The translations under genes were made by a program, and so were the position numbers. The notes beneath the pieces are model-generated. The model was not told the origin of the DNA and searched no databases. It saw only the letters and a list, made by a program, of their open reading frames with translations. DNA of 57,132 nt from Steroidobacteraceae bacterium (lineage in GTDB: Bacteria > Pseudomonadota > Gammaproteobacteria > Steroidobacterales > Steroidobacteraceae), in assembly GCA_036497085.1 (NCBI GenBank), contig DASXKA010000187.1, forward strand, positions 1 to 57,132, written 5' to 3'. Positions 8,001 to 16,167 of this stretch are shown here, one piece after another. Each line of letters begins with the position of its first letter. The first letter of the stretch is position 1.

Positions 8001-8984
8001 TTGAACCGCGACGCGACCTTCACCCCGGCTCCCCGGCTTACCGCGGCGCTTTGCCGCTGGTTGCTGCTCGCGTGCTCGCTGTTGGTGCCGGACCTCGCCG
8101 CGGCCGAGCCAGCGCCTTCCGCCCCGGCCCGAATCGATCTCGACGCCTTCGACGCCATGAAGAAGAGCGTCGCCCTTCCTGACGGCGAGACGCTCGCGTA
8201 CCTCACGCTGGGGGATCCGGCCGGTACACCGGTCGTGATGATTCACGGCTACACCGACAGCGCGCGCGACTGGGTGCCGCTCGTCCCGTACCTCGCGCCG
8301 GGCCTCAGGCTCATCCTGGTCGATCTGCGCGGCCACGGCCGCTCGGGCAAGCCCGAGTGCTGTTATACGCGGGTCGACTTCGCATACGACATCAAGCTGC
8401 TGCTCGATGCACTGAATATCGAGCACGCCGACATCGTCGGCCACTCGCTCGGCAGCATCATCGCGCAGACATTTGCGGAAGTCTGGCCGGAGCGCACCGG
8501 GCGGGTGGTGCTGATCTCATCGAGCGGGGGGCACCGCCCGGGCGCAGCGCCGCCGGCACCGAAGTTCGACTACGCGGCGGCCATCCGCGCGCTCAAGGAT
8601 CCTATCGACCCCGAGTCGCAGTTCATGCTCGACTGGTGGTCGTGTCCCACTCCGGTCGACCCCGATTTTCTGCGTCGCCAGCGCCAGGACGCGGCGGCGA
8701 TTCCGCTGCGGGTGTGGCTCGCCGTCCTCGACCAGGGATTGATAGACACGGACCTGCAGCGCACGCTCCCGCGGCTCAAGGCGCCGACGCTGCTCATATG
8801 GGGCGGGGCCGACCCCCTCATGGAGGAGGACGTGCGGCAGACACTGCGCGAGGCGTTGCCGCAGGCGCAGGTGAAGATATTCCCGGGTCTTGGGCACAAC
8901 CCGTTCTGGGAGCAGCCCGCGCAGTGCGCGCGGGCGATCAATGAGTTTCTGACGGCGGCGCCGTCGGGGAGGGGCAAGACATGA
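8001..8984 (+). CDS. exported alpha/beta-fold hydrolase
   Basis: TTG is the first possible start. Signal peptide ...LLLACSLLVPDLAAAEP. HGYTDS oxyanion region, nucleophile elbow GHSLGS, C-terminal GLGHNPFWE His block. Confidence 0.8.
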   Translation: MNRDATFTPAPRLTAALCRWLLLACSLLVPDLAAAEPAPSAPARIDLDAFDAMKKSVALPDGETLAYLTLGDPAGTPVVMIHGYTDSARDWVPLVPYLAPGLRLILVDLRGHGRSGKPECCYTRVDFAYDIKLLLDALNIEHADIVGHSLGSIIAQTFAEVWPERTGRVVLISSSGGHRPGAAPPAPKFDYAAAIRALKDPIDPESQFMLDWWSCPTPVDPDFLRRQRQDAAAIPLRVWLAVLDQGLIDTDLQRTLPRLKAPTLLIWGGADPLMEEDVRQTLREALPQAQVKIFPGLGHNPFWEQPAQCARAINEFLTAAPSGRGKT

Positions 8985-11389
8985 AATCCAACGGATCCCG
9001 GCACGAATCGAGGCATACGCTCCTGGCGGCGCGCACACTGGGCACGCTGGCGGCAGGCGTCGCGGCGGCGGTGGTGCTCGCAGTCGCGGCACCCGCGCTG
9101 GCCCAGGAGCAGTCGCAGAAGCAGGCTGAGACCAGCGCCGAACCCGGCGGCGAAGTCGCGACCATTATCGTCAGCGCGCGCAAGCGCGCGGAGTCGATCG
9201 CGGAGGTGCCAACCAGCATTACGGCCTTCACCGCCGAGACCATCAAGGACTACAACGTTCAATCGTTCGCCGATTACGCCACCAAGACGCCCGATCTGAC
9301 CTTCACCTACGGTGGTGGAGCGACCGGCTTCGCGGATTCGCGCACCGTCTCGGTGCGCGGTATCACCGGTCAAAACCTGTTCGGGACCGCGGGCGCTACC
9401 GGCTTCTACATAGACGATACGCCCGTGCCGGGGTCGATCGATCCGCGTGTGGTCGACCTCGCCAGCATCGAGGTCCTGAAGGGCCCACAGGGAACGCTCT
9501 ATGGGGAGAGCTCGCTCGGCGGCAACGTACGCCTCATCACCAGGGCGCCGGACACCGGCAACTCGGGTCTCGGCTATATGTACCAGGTGGGCGCAACCTC
9601 GGCCGGCGGCAGCCCGGATGGCGGCGGCGATCTGGTCGGGAACATCGTGCTGGTGCCCGGCACGGCGGCGCTGCGCTTCGTGGCGTTCGCCAACTGGGAC
9701 GCCGGCTATCTGAACCGCAGCTTTCCCACCTTGAGCAGCGGTCCGGGCGGGGGCGATCCCTTCGCGTCGGTGCCGCGGACCAGCAAGGGCGACCAGGGAC
9801 AGGTACAGACGCTCGGCGGCTCGGCGGCGCTGCTGGTGCACGCGACCGACCAGCTCGACATCAAGCTGCGGGTGATGTTCCAGGACTCCTACGACAAGGG
9901 CTTCCCGGCAACCTTCGCGCCGCTGCCGCAGTTCACGCCCATCTACACCCTGGACCGGGCCTTCGACGTTCAGCCGTGGGCGTCGGACAGCTGGACCATG
10001 CCGACCCTCGACTTGAAGTACTCGGGCTCCGGTTACCAGATCGTATGGGCCAACAGCTTCTTCTACCGTCACACCCACGACGTCGAGGATTCGAGCTACG
10101 GCACGCAGCAGGTCCTCACCGGCTCCTTCTACGGGGTGGCGGGCTTGCCGGCGCAACCGTATCTGTGGGTCGGCGAACGCTTTCACGACCAGGTGGCGAG
10201 CGAGGCGCGCATCTCCTTCGACCCGGTCCGCAACTGGAGCGGAACATTCGGTGTGTTCTATTCGAACACGCACACCCGCTTCACGATCCCGCCGACCTAT
10301 GCGCAGGGACTGACCAACGCCACCTCCTTCGGGGCGCCCGCGGAGAGTGTGTGTGGACCGAATCCCTGCCCGCCGGATGAGATCTGGACGCAGACCAACC
10401 CCGGCACCGAGGAGGACAAGTCGATCTTCGGCGAGGCCTACTGGAAGTTCGCGCCGCAGTGGACGCTGACCCTCGGCGGCCGCCAGTACTGGCTCGACCA
10501 GACCACCGACTATACCGCGGACGGTTTCCTCAACTTCGGCCAGACGGCGAGCGCACCGCAGTCCAACAGTGAGTCGGGCTTCAACCCGAAGGTCGCACTC
10601 TCCTGGCAGGCAACGGAAGCCACGATGGCGTACGCCTCGGCCTCGAAGGGATTCCGCGCCGGCGGCGCGCAGGCGAACTTCCCCGGCTGCTCGCTGCCGA
10701 GCCTCTCGGTGGACGCGATCACGCACATCCGCTCGGACACGCTGTGGACCTACGAAGTTGGCGCCAAGACGCAACTACCCTCGATGCTCATCTCGGCGGC
10801 GGCCTACGACATCGAGTGGAAGGACGTGCAGCAGCAAGTGGCTCTGGTATGCGGGTTCTACGCCCAGGTGAATGGCAACAAGGCGCGCGTGCGTGGCGCC
10901 GAGCTCGAGGCCAGCGGGCGCCTCATGCCGGGGCTGCAGTTCCGTCTGGGACTCGGCTACGAGGACACGGACATGACCGATCCGGGGAATCTCGCCCTCT
11001 TCGGCGTGACTTCCGGCACCCGCGTTTCCGGAGTCCCGGACTTCACCGGCTCCGCGGGCCTGGTCTACACGCAGTCGCTGACGACTGACACTCAGGGCTT
11101 CGTCTCGGCTGACTACAGCTACCAGGGCAACGCCATCTCGCTGCTGGTCGGCGGGGGCGGCGCGGAGGCGACACGACCGGGCTTCTCGCTCGTCAACCTG
11201 CGCTTCGGCGTCGACTGCGGTGACACCGAGGTCTCGCTCAACGTTCACAACGTGTTCAATGCCAAGCCGAACCTGGGCGATATCGGCTATATCGGTTACG
11301 CGCAGCTGAACGCAGCCGGTGGCGTGATCCCCCAGGTGGCGACTCTGCAGCCGCTCACCGTACTGCTGCGGGTGAGCAAGTCCTTCTGA
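8981..11389 (+). CDS. TonB-dependent receptor
   Basis: ATGA overlap with the hydrolase stop. Long signal peptide, plug start IIVSARKRAESIAEVPTSITAF, 802 aa, terminal ...RVSKSF aromatic residue. Confidence 0.9.
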   Translation: MKSNGSRHESRHTLLAARTLGTLAAGVAAAVVLAVAAPALAQEQSQKQAETSAEPGGEVATIIVSARKRAESIAEVPTSITAFTAETIKDYNVQSFADYATKTPDLTFTYGGGATGFADSRTVSVRGITGQNLFGTAGATGFYIDDTPVPGSIDPRVVDLASIEVLKGPQGTLYGESSLGGNVRLITRAPDTGNSGLGYMYQVGATSAGGSPDGGGDLVGNIVLVPGTAALRFVAFANWDAGYLNRSFPTLSSGPGGGDPFASVPRTSKGDQGQVQTLGGSAALLVHATDQLDIKLRVMFQDSYDKGFPATFAPLPQFTPIYTLDRAFDVQPWASDSWTMPTLDLKYSGSGYQIVWANSFFYRHTHDVEDSSYGTQQVLTGSFYGVAGLPAQPYLWVGERFHDQVASEARISFDPVRNWSGTFGVFYSNTHTRFTIPPTYAQGLTNATSFGAPAESVCGPNPCPPDEIWTQTNPGTEEDKSIFGEAYWKFAPQWTLTLGGRQYWLDQTTDYTADGFLNFGQTASAPQSNSESGFNPKVALSWQATEATMAYASASKGFRAGGAQANFPGCSLPSLSVDAITHIRSDTLWTYEVGAKTQLPSMLISAAAYDIEWKDVQQQVALVCGFYAQVNGNKARVRGAELEASGRLMPGLQFRLGLGYEDTDMTDPGNLALFGVTSGTRVSGVPDFTGSAGLVYTQSLTTDTQGFVSADYSYQGNAISLLVGGGGAEATRPGFSLVNLRFGVDCGDTEVSLNVHNVFNAKPNLGDIGYIGYAQLNAAGGVIPQVATLQPLTVLLRVSKSF

Positions 11390-12060
11390 GGCGCGGGAAC
11401 TGAAAGGCGGCGGCGGGAAGCTCTACGCGCCCGCCGCGCGCCGCGCCCGGGCGCGCCGGCCGAGCCCTCGGCCCAGGCGCGCAGCAACCTCAGCTGCAGC
11501 GAAAGCTGCTCGATCTGCGCGCGCGCGGGCCAGTCGCCGATGTTGGCGACCGCACTCGCGGTGAGCCCGTTGATGAAGGTCACGAGCGAGCGCAGCACGT
11601 GCTCGCGGGTGGCGGCCGGCCAGGGCGACCACTCCGGCCAGCAGCGCGCGAGGCAGCGCTCGAAGAGTCGCAGGTACTCGCGATGCACCCAGGCGTTGAT
11701 GCGCTTCAGGCGCCGGTCCGCCGAGACCTGTCCCCAGAACGTGGTCCAGAAGGCGCACTCGACGCGCCGCTGCGCATCGAGCGGCAGCGCCTCGGCGAGC
11801 AGCGTCAACAGGTCGGGGGGCGCACCGACCGGTGCCGGGCGCGACAGCCGCTCCTCGATCCGGCGCAGGATGAGGCGCAGCGCCGCGATGATGATGTCCT
11901 GCTTGCTATCGAAGTAGTGCGCCAGCATGCCGGTGGTGTAGCCCGCCTCGCGGGCGATACGCACCATGCTCGCCTGATCGAAGCCGTGCTCGGCCACAAC
12001 CCGGCAGGCGACGAGCGCGATCTCGTCACGACGCTGCGCGTGGTCGACGATCTTGGGCAT
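11296..12060 (-). CDS. TetR-family transcriptional regulator
   Basis: N-terminal HTH RRDEIALVACRVVAEHGFDQASMVRIAREAGYTTGMLAHYF. Starts 9 nt after the NCS1 stop. A ~60-aa Arg-rich tail runs 94 nt into the convergent TBDR 3' end. Confidence 0.8.
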   Translation of the reverse strand: MPKIVDHAQRRDEIALVACRVVAEHGFDQASMVRIAREAGYTTGMLAHYFDSKQDIIIAALRLILRRIEERLSRPAPVGAPPDLLTLLAEALPLDAQRRVECAFWTTFWGQVSADRRLKRINAWVHREYLRLFERCLARCWPEWSPWPAATREHVLRSLVTFINGLTASAVANIGDWPARAQIEQLSLQLRLLRAWAEGSAGAPGRGARRARRASRRRLSVPAPQKDLLTRSSTVSGCRVATWGITPPAAFSCA

Positions 12061-12069
12061 CGCGCGATC

Positions 12070-13509
12070 CTAGCCCGGCGCGCCCACGCGATCGTCGGGA
12101 TCGAGGCCGACGTCGGCGGCTGCCGCCCGTCGCCGGTCGTGTTCGAGATCCAGCGAGCGACAGCTGAGCAGGTAGACCGCGGCTGCTACCGGCAAGCCCA
12201 CCAGCATGGCGATGTCGGCCCTGCCGAGAGCGCGCGCCACCGGGCCGGTGTAGATCTCGGTGCTGAAGAACGGAATCATCACGATGAAGCCCGTGAGGTA
12301 GGCGGTGAGGCCGCGCCAGTTCCAGTGGCCGTACATGCCGCGGGAGTTGAAGATCTCCCGGATCGAGTAGTGCCCTTTGCGCACCAGATAGAAATCCACC
12401 AGGTTGATCGCGGTCCAGGGCGTGAACAGGTAGAGCAGCAGCGCGAGGTAATCCTGGAAGCGGGCCACGAAATTGCCGGAGGACTTCAGGGCGAGCACCG
12501 TGCTCGCGAGCAGCGCGACGCCGAGGCTCGCCAGGCGCTTGGCCGCCGTGCACCTGAGCGGCCGCACGGTATCGGCAACTGAGAGCAGCGTGAGCGAGGC
12601 GCCGTAGAAGTTGAGGGAGGTGATCGTGACCAGGCCGAGCAGGGCACCGGCGATCAGCACTCTGCCGAGGCCCGGAATGACCGCATCGGCGGCGCGCTCC
12701 ATGGCGGCGGCCACGTCCAACTGCGGCGCCAGCGCCGCCGCCACCGTTCCGACCAGCATCATCCACGCGCCGCCGATGAAGGCGCCGAGGTAGGTCCACC
12801 AGAACGACGCGCGCACGCCGACGTCGCGTGGCAGGTAGCGAGAGTAGTCCGACACGTAGATCGACCAGCTGAGCTGATAGGAAGCCGCGGCGAACACCTG
12901 TGCGAGGAAGGGCACGGCGCGAAAGCCGCCGGCGTCCCACTGCACCGCCGGGAAGCGCAACGTGACCAGGCCGCCGAGCGAGAACACCGTGAGAATCGCG
13001 ATCATGAGGTAGGCGAAGGCGCGCTGAGCGCGGTGGATCTGGTCGTAGCCGACCGCGGCGAGGCTCACCGCGACCAGCGCAAACGCGACGATGGCCCCGG
13101 CGGAGGTCGCGGAGATCGCCGGCGTCAGCTGGTGGAGCGCCTGTGCGGCGAGCACCTGGTTGAAGGCGTTGTAGCCGACGTAGGCGACGAGCGCGACGGC
13201 CCAGACGAGCAGCGCCCCCGTGTAGCCGAACTGCGGACGGGACTGGATCATCTGCGGTAGCCCGAGCTGCGGCCCCTGCGTCGAATGGAACGCCATGAAA
13301 AAGGTGCCGAGCGCGTTGCCGAGCACGACCGCAACGCTGGTCCAGAGCAGATTGCCGCCGAGCGTGATGCCGAGCACCCCGACGGCGAGCGTGGCGAGGT
13401 GCGCGTCGCCCGAGAACCACACGGGCCAGAGGTGCCAGACCTTGCCGTGCCGCTCGGCAAGCGGCACGTAGTCGATCGAACGCGTCTCGATGAGCCTGCG
13501 TTTAGCCAT
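12070..13509 (-). CDS. NCS1-family (purine-cytosine/nucleobase-type) permease
   Basis: 479 aa with ~12 hydrophobic segments. N-terminal SIDYVPLAERHG and FHSTQGPQLGLPQMIQSRPQFG blocks are typical of cytosine/purine permeases. Confidence 0.8.
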   Translation of the reverse strand: MAKRRLIETRSIDYVPLAERHGKVWHLWPVWFSGDAHLATLAVGVLGITLGGNLLWTSVAVVLGNALGTFFMAFHSTQGPQLGLPQMIQSRPQFGYTGALLVWAVALVAYVGYNAFNQVLAAQALHQLTPAISATSAGAIVAFALVAVSLAAVGYDQIHRAQRAFAYLMIAILTVFSLGGLVTLRFPAVQWDAGGFRAVPFLAQVFAAASYQLSWSIYVSDYSRYLPRDVGVRASFWWTYLGAFIGGAWMMLVGTVAAALAPQLDVAAAMERAADAVIPGLGRVLIAGALLGLVTITSLNFYGASLTLLSVADTVRPLRCTAAKRLASLGVALLASTVLALKSSGNFVARFQDYLALLLYLFTPWTAINLVDFYLVRKGHYSIREIFNSRGMYGHWNWRGLTAYLTGFIVMIPFFSTEIYTGPVARALGRADIAMLVGLPVAAAVYLLSCRSLDLEHDRRRAAAADVGLDPDDRVGAPG

Positions 13510-13610
13510 ACCCCTCGGATCGCCGGCCGTGGTGGGGCGCTTTTTATATCATGTCGCCAACATTATAGGGGCACGGGCTCCAAGGGGGTGGGCTCGCGCA
13601 GTACCAGTCG

Positions 13611-14015
13611 CTACTGCCTGGCGATCACTTCCAGGCCGGCTTCCGGCCTCGTCATGACGTAACTGCAGGCCCCGGGGGTACGTCTCACGGTGGCGACCGC
13701 CTCGGCGTCGCTGCCGGCGACGACCGGCGGATTGATGCCGTCCCGGAAGGACTTCTTGATCCAGGTGACCGAATACTTCGCGGCCGTCATCTTCAGGATC
13801 CGGTCGAGGAACAGGGCCTGCGCGGCGCTGTTGTCGATGGGAACCAGCTTCACCGCTCCGGCGAACTGCTTCTCGCCGACGAACAGGTCGCGCACGTCGG
13901 CGGCCGTGATCGACGGCTGCACGTTGCAGATGATGTAAAGCTCGTCGGCATGGGCTGCGCTGCCGGCCGTGGCGAGCAGCGTCGCGAGCAGAAGCTTTAC
14001 AGGGATTCGCGTCAT
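13611..14015 (-). CDS. small exported PstS-like (type-2 periplasmic binding fold, half-size) protein
   Basis: Signal peptide MTRIPVKLLLATLLATAGSAAHA. SITAADVRDLFVGEK...W.KK.F..GINPP...TPGACSYV resembles the PBP_like_2 pattern, but the protein is only 134 aa. Confidence 0.6.
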   Translation of the reverse strand: MTRIPVKLLLATLLATAGSAAHADELYIICNVQPSITAADVRDLFVGEKQFAGAVKLVPIDNSAAQALFLDRILKMTAAKYSVTWIKKSFRDGINPPVVAGSDAEAVATVRRTPGACSYVMTRPEAGLEVIARQ

Positions 14016-14032
14016 GCCTGACTGGTGCGCCT

Positions 14033-15481
14033 TCAGAAGCGGATGGCGTATTGGACGAGCGCTTCGCCGTAGGTCCGTATGATCCGGTCGGTGAAGCTGG
14101 TCTTGGCAAATTCCATCTTGAGGGCGGACGACAGATCGATGTCGAATCGCACGCCGAGCGCCTCGCGATTGTAGGAATTACCGTTGATCTGAGCGGCGAA
14201 GTACGGGTCCGACTGCTGGAACGATCCGCGCTCGTAACGCGCGTACGGAGTGTAGCGGCCGCCGCGGTAGCCCATCTGGATGAAGCCGGCATCGCTGTGG
14301 TGCGAGCCGGTATTCCCCGTGAGATCCGTGTTGTCGAAGAAATGCAGCTCCGCGATGTCTTCCCAGCGGTCGGTGTCGTAAACGGCGTAGGCGCCGTAGC
14401 TCTTCACCCGGGTGAAGTAGGGGCTGACCTGCGGAAACGCCGTCGGCGTCGGGTCCTGGTCCTCGATGCGCGTCTGGAAAGCATCGACCCCGACCTTCAG
14501 GCCGTCGAGCACCCCGCCCGGCAGCAGGCCCAGATTGCCACCGACGATCGCGCTGCCGCGGGACACGCCCGCGTTATTCATGTCGAGGATGCCGTTGAAG
14601 ATCCGCTGACTGTTGCCGACATAGGCGTCATACGTGACTTTCATGTCGCCAAGGCGCTCCGATCCCGTGAGCCACAGTCCCACCGTATGCGCCGGCATGA
14701 TTCCGCCGTGATCCTCGAACTCGATGAAGCGCGGGCGGCGCAGGCCGATCGCGATCCATTGCCCGTGGTGGAAGGCGGTGTTGTAGAAGCCGTACGGCGT
14801 ATGAAAACGCCCGACCCATATGGTGGCTGAATCCGAGAACTGGTAGCCGATCTGCGCGCGCTCGAGGTCGACGCCGACCGTGCCGTCCGAGCCAACCTCG
14901 AAGTTCAGCTCGAACAGCGCACGGGTGCGCGCACCGAGCCGCGGCGTCAGGAAGAAATCCAGCTCCGCTATATCGGCTCCGCGGTAGTTGGGAAACTCGG
15001 CGTTGTGCGTGCCGACGCCGACGTCCGCAAAGCCGTGCATCGGCATGCCGGTGTCCTCAGCGCGCTGCCAGGCGTTGGCGGCCATCTGGGCAATCGTCTG
15101 CTCGAGTTGAGTCAGACGTGAGGCCTCGGCGGTCGCCGGGGCCGCCGGCGGCGCGCCCGCCGCCACGGCCGGCGCAGGCGCGGCGGGAGCGGGGGACGCG
15201 GGAGCAGCCGGGACCTGGGCGGCGGCCGGTGCTGCAGGCGTGCTGCCCGGGGTGGTTGCGGGTGTCGTCGACTGCTGAGCGGCGCGGGCCTCGAGGTCGT
15301 GAACCTTCTGCGACAACTCGCGGATCATCTGCATGCTCTGCTCGAGCTCTTTGCGAAGCTCGGCGATCTGATCGGCCTCGGTGTCCGCCGCGGCGGGCAC
15401 AGAATGACCAAGGCAGGCGACCAGCAGCACGCAGGGCCAGGAGCGGACGCGCGCGACACGCAGGTTTCCCTTGATACCCAT
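14033..15481 (-). CDS. outer-membrane beta-barrel (porin-like) with N-terminal coiled coil and Ala/Pro linker
   Basis: GAGGT RBS and a signal peptide. Heptad segment ADQIAELRKELEQSMQMIRELSQKVHDLEARAAQQ, then an Ala/Pro-rich linker. The body alternates Tyr/Gly-rich strands and ends ...LVQYAIRF. Confidence 0.65.
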   Translation of the reverse strand: MGIKGNLRVARVRSWPCVLLVACLGHSVPAAADTEADQIAELRKELEQSMQMIRELSQKVHDLEARAAQQSTTPATTPGSTPAAPAAAQVPAAPASPAPAAPAPAVAAGAPPAAPATAEASRLTQLEQTIAQMAANAWQRAEDTGMPMHGFADVGVGTHNAEFPNYRGADIAELDFFLTPRLGARTRALFELNFEVGSDGTVGVDLERAQIGYQFSDSATIWVGRFHTPYGFYNTAFHHGQWIAIGLRRPRFIEFEDHGGIMPAHTVGLWLTGSERLGDMKVTYDAYVGNSQRIFNGILDMNNAGVSRGSAIVGGNLGLLPGGVLDGLKVGVDAFQTRIEDQDPTPTAFPQVSPYFTRVKSYGAYAVYDTDRWEDIAELHFFDNTDLTGNTGSHHSDAGFIQMGYRGGRYTPYARYERGSFQQSDPYFAAQINGNSYNREALGVRFDIDLSSALKMEFAKTSFTDRIIRTYGEALVQYAIRF

Positions 15482-15489
15482 GAAAGCAG

Positions 15490-16065
15490 CTACCTCAGTG
15501 TGAAGCGCAGCCCTGCCGCTGCGTCGGTTGCGATGAGCGTCCCGTGCTCATCGAAGCGGACGATGCGCGAGTCGTGGATCACGTGCTCGTCCATCTTCCA
15601 GAATTCGAAGCCAAGTTGACGCGCGATGCGCTGCACGTCGGCGGGTGTGCCTACGAGGAAGTGCCAGTTCTCGCGCGTCAGATGCCGGGTGCGGCGGTAC
15701 TGATGCCAGGCGGCGGGATCGTCGGCGTCGGGGTCGTAGCCGACGACGATGAACTCGGCCCTGAGGCCGCGCCGGTCGAAATCCTGTTGCAGCTGCTGGA
15801 GGTCACGGATCGTGACCGGGCACACGCGATGACAGGTCGCGTACGCCATGGTGAGCACGACCGCCCGGCCCTGCATCGCGTGCAGATCGAAGGCCCGGCC
15901 GAGATCGTCGCGCCAGCTCGCGGGCAGATCGCCGAGCCGCATCGGCGGAAGGTCGGAGTGTCCGGACGCGCTAGCCACGGTCGCCATTGCCGCCAGCAGC
16001 GCAAGCAACGCCCGACCAGCCGCCCGCGGCGGCGCGCGTCGTGCGTCGACAGATCCCGTCTGCAT
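15490..16065 (-). CDS. Sco1/SenC-family thioredoxin-fold copper chaperone / thiol-disulfide protein
   Basis: ORF 15490..16137 trimmed to ATG 16065, which gives the signal/anchor RALLALLAAMATVASA. CxxxC motif MAYATCHRVCP. Downstream EHVIHDSRIVRFDEHG His block. Confidence 0.75.
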   Translation of the reverse strand: MQTGSVDARRAPPRAAGRALLALLAAMATVASASGHSDLPPMRLGDLPASWRDDLGRAFDLHAMQGRAVVLTMAYATCHRVCPVTIRDLQQLQQDFDRRGLRAEFIVVGYDPDADDPAAWHQYRRTRHLTRENWHFLVGTPADVQRIARQLGFEFWKMDEHVIHDSRIVRFDEHGTLIATDAAAGLRFTLR

Positions 16066-16167
16066 GCGAGCGACCCCCCACTCGTGGTGGGCAAAGTATG
16101 TGCACAAGCGAGCTATGTCAAACGCAACCGTCGTCACATGCCGTGCTGCAGCGCGGGCAGGCAGGTC

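Noticed and set aside
12026-13420. 464-aa ORF in an alternative frame across the NCS1 permease gene.
   Set aside because: It is an Arg/Pro/Gly-rich translation with no membrane-protein character. The 12070-13509 frame gives a 12-TM permease with family motifs.
13510-13610. Promoter call for the NCS1-TetR operon. On the minus strand TATAAT lies at ~13568-13573 and TATAAA nearby.
   Set aside because: -10-like hexamers are visible in this AT-enriched patch, but no -35 element lies at acceptable spacing. The evidence is too weak to report as a feature.
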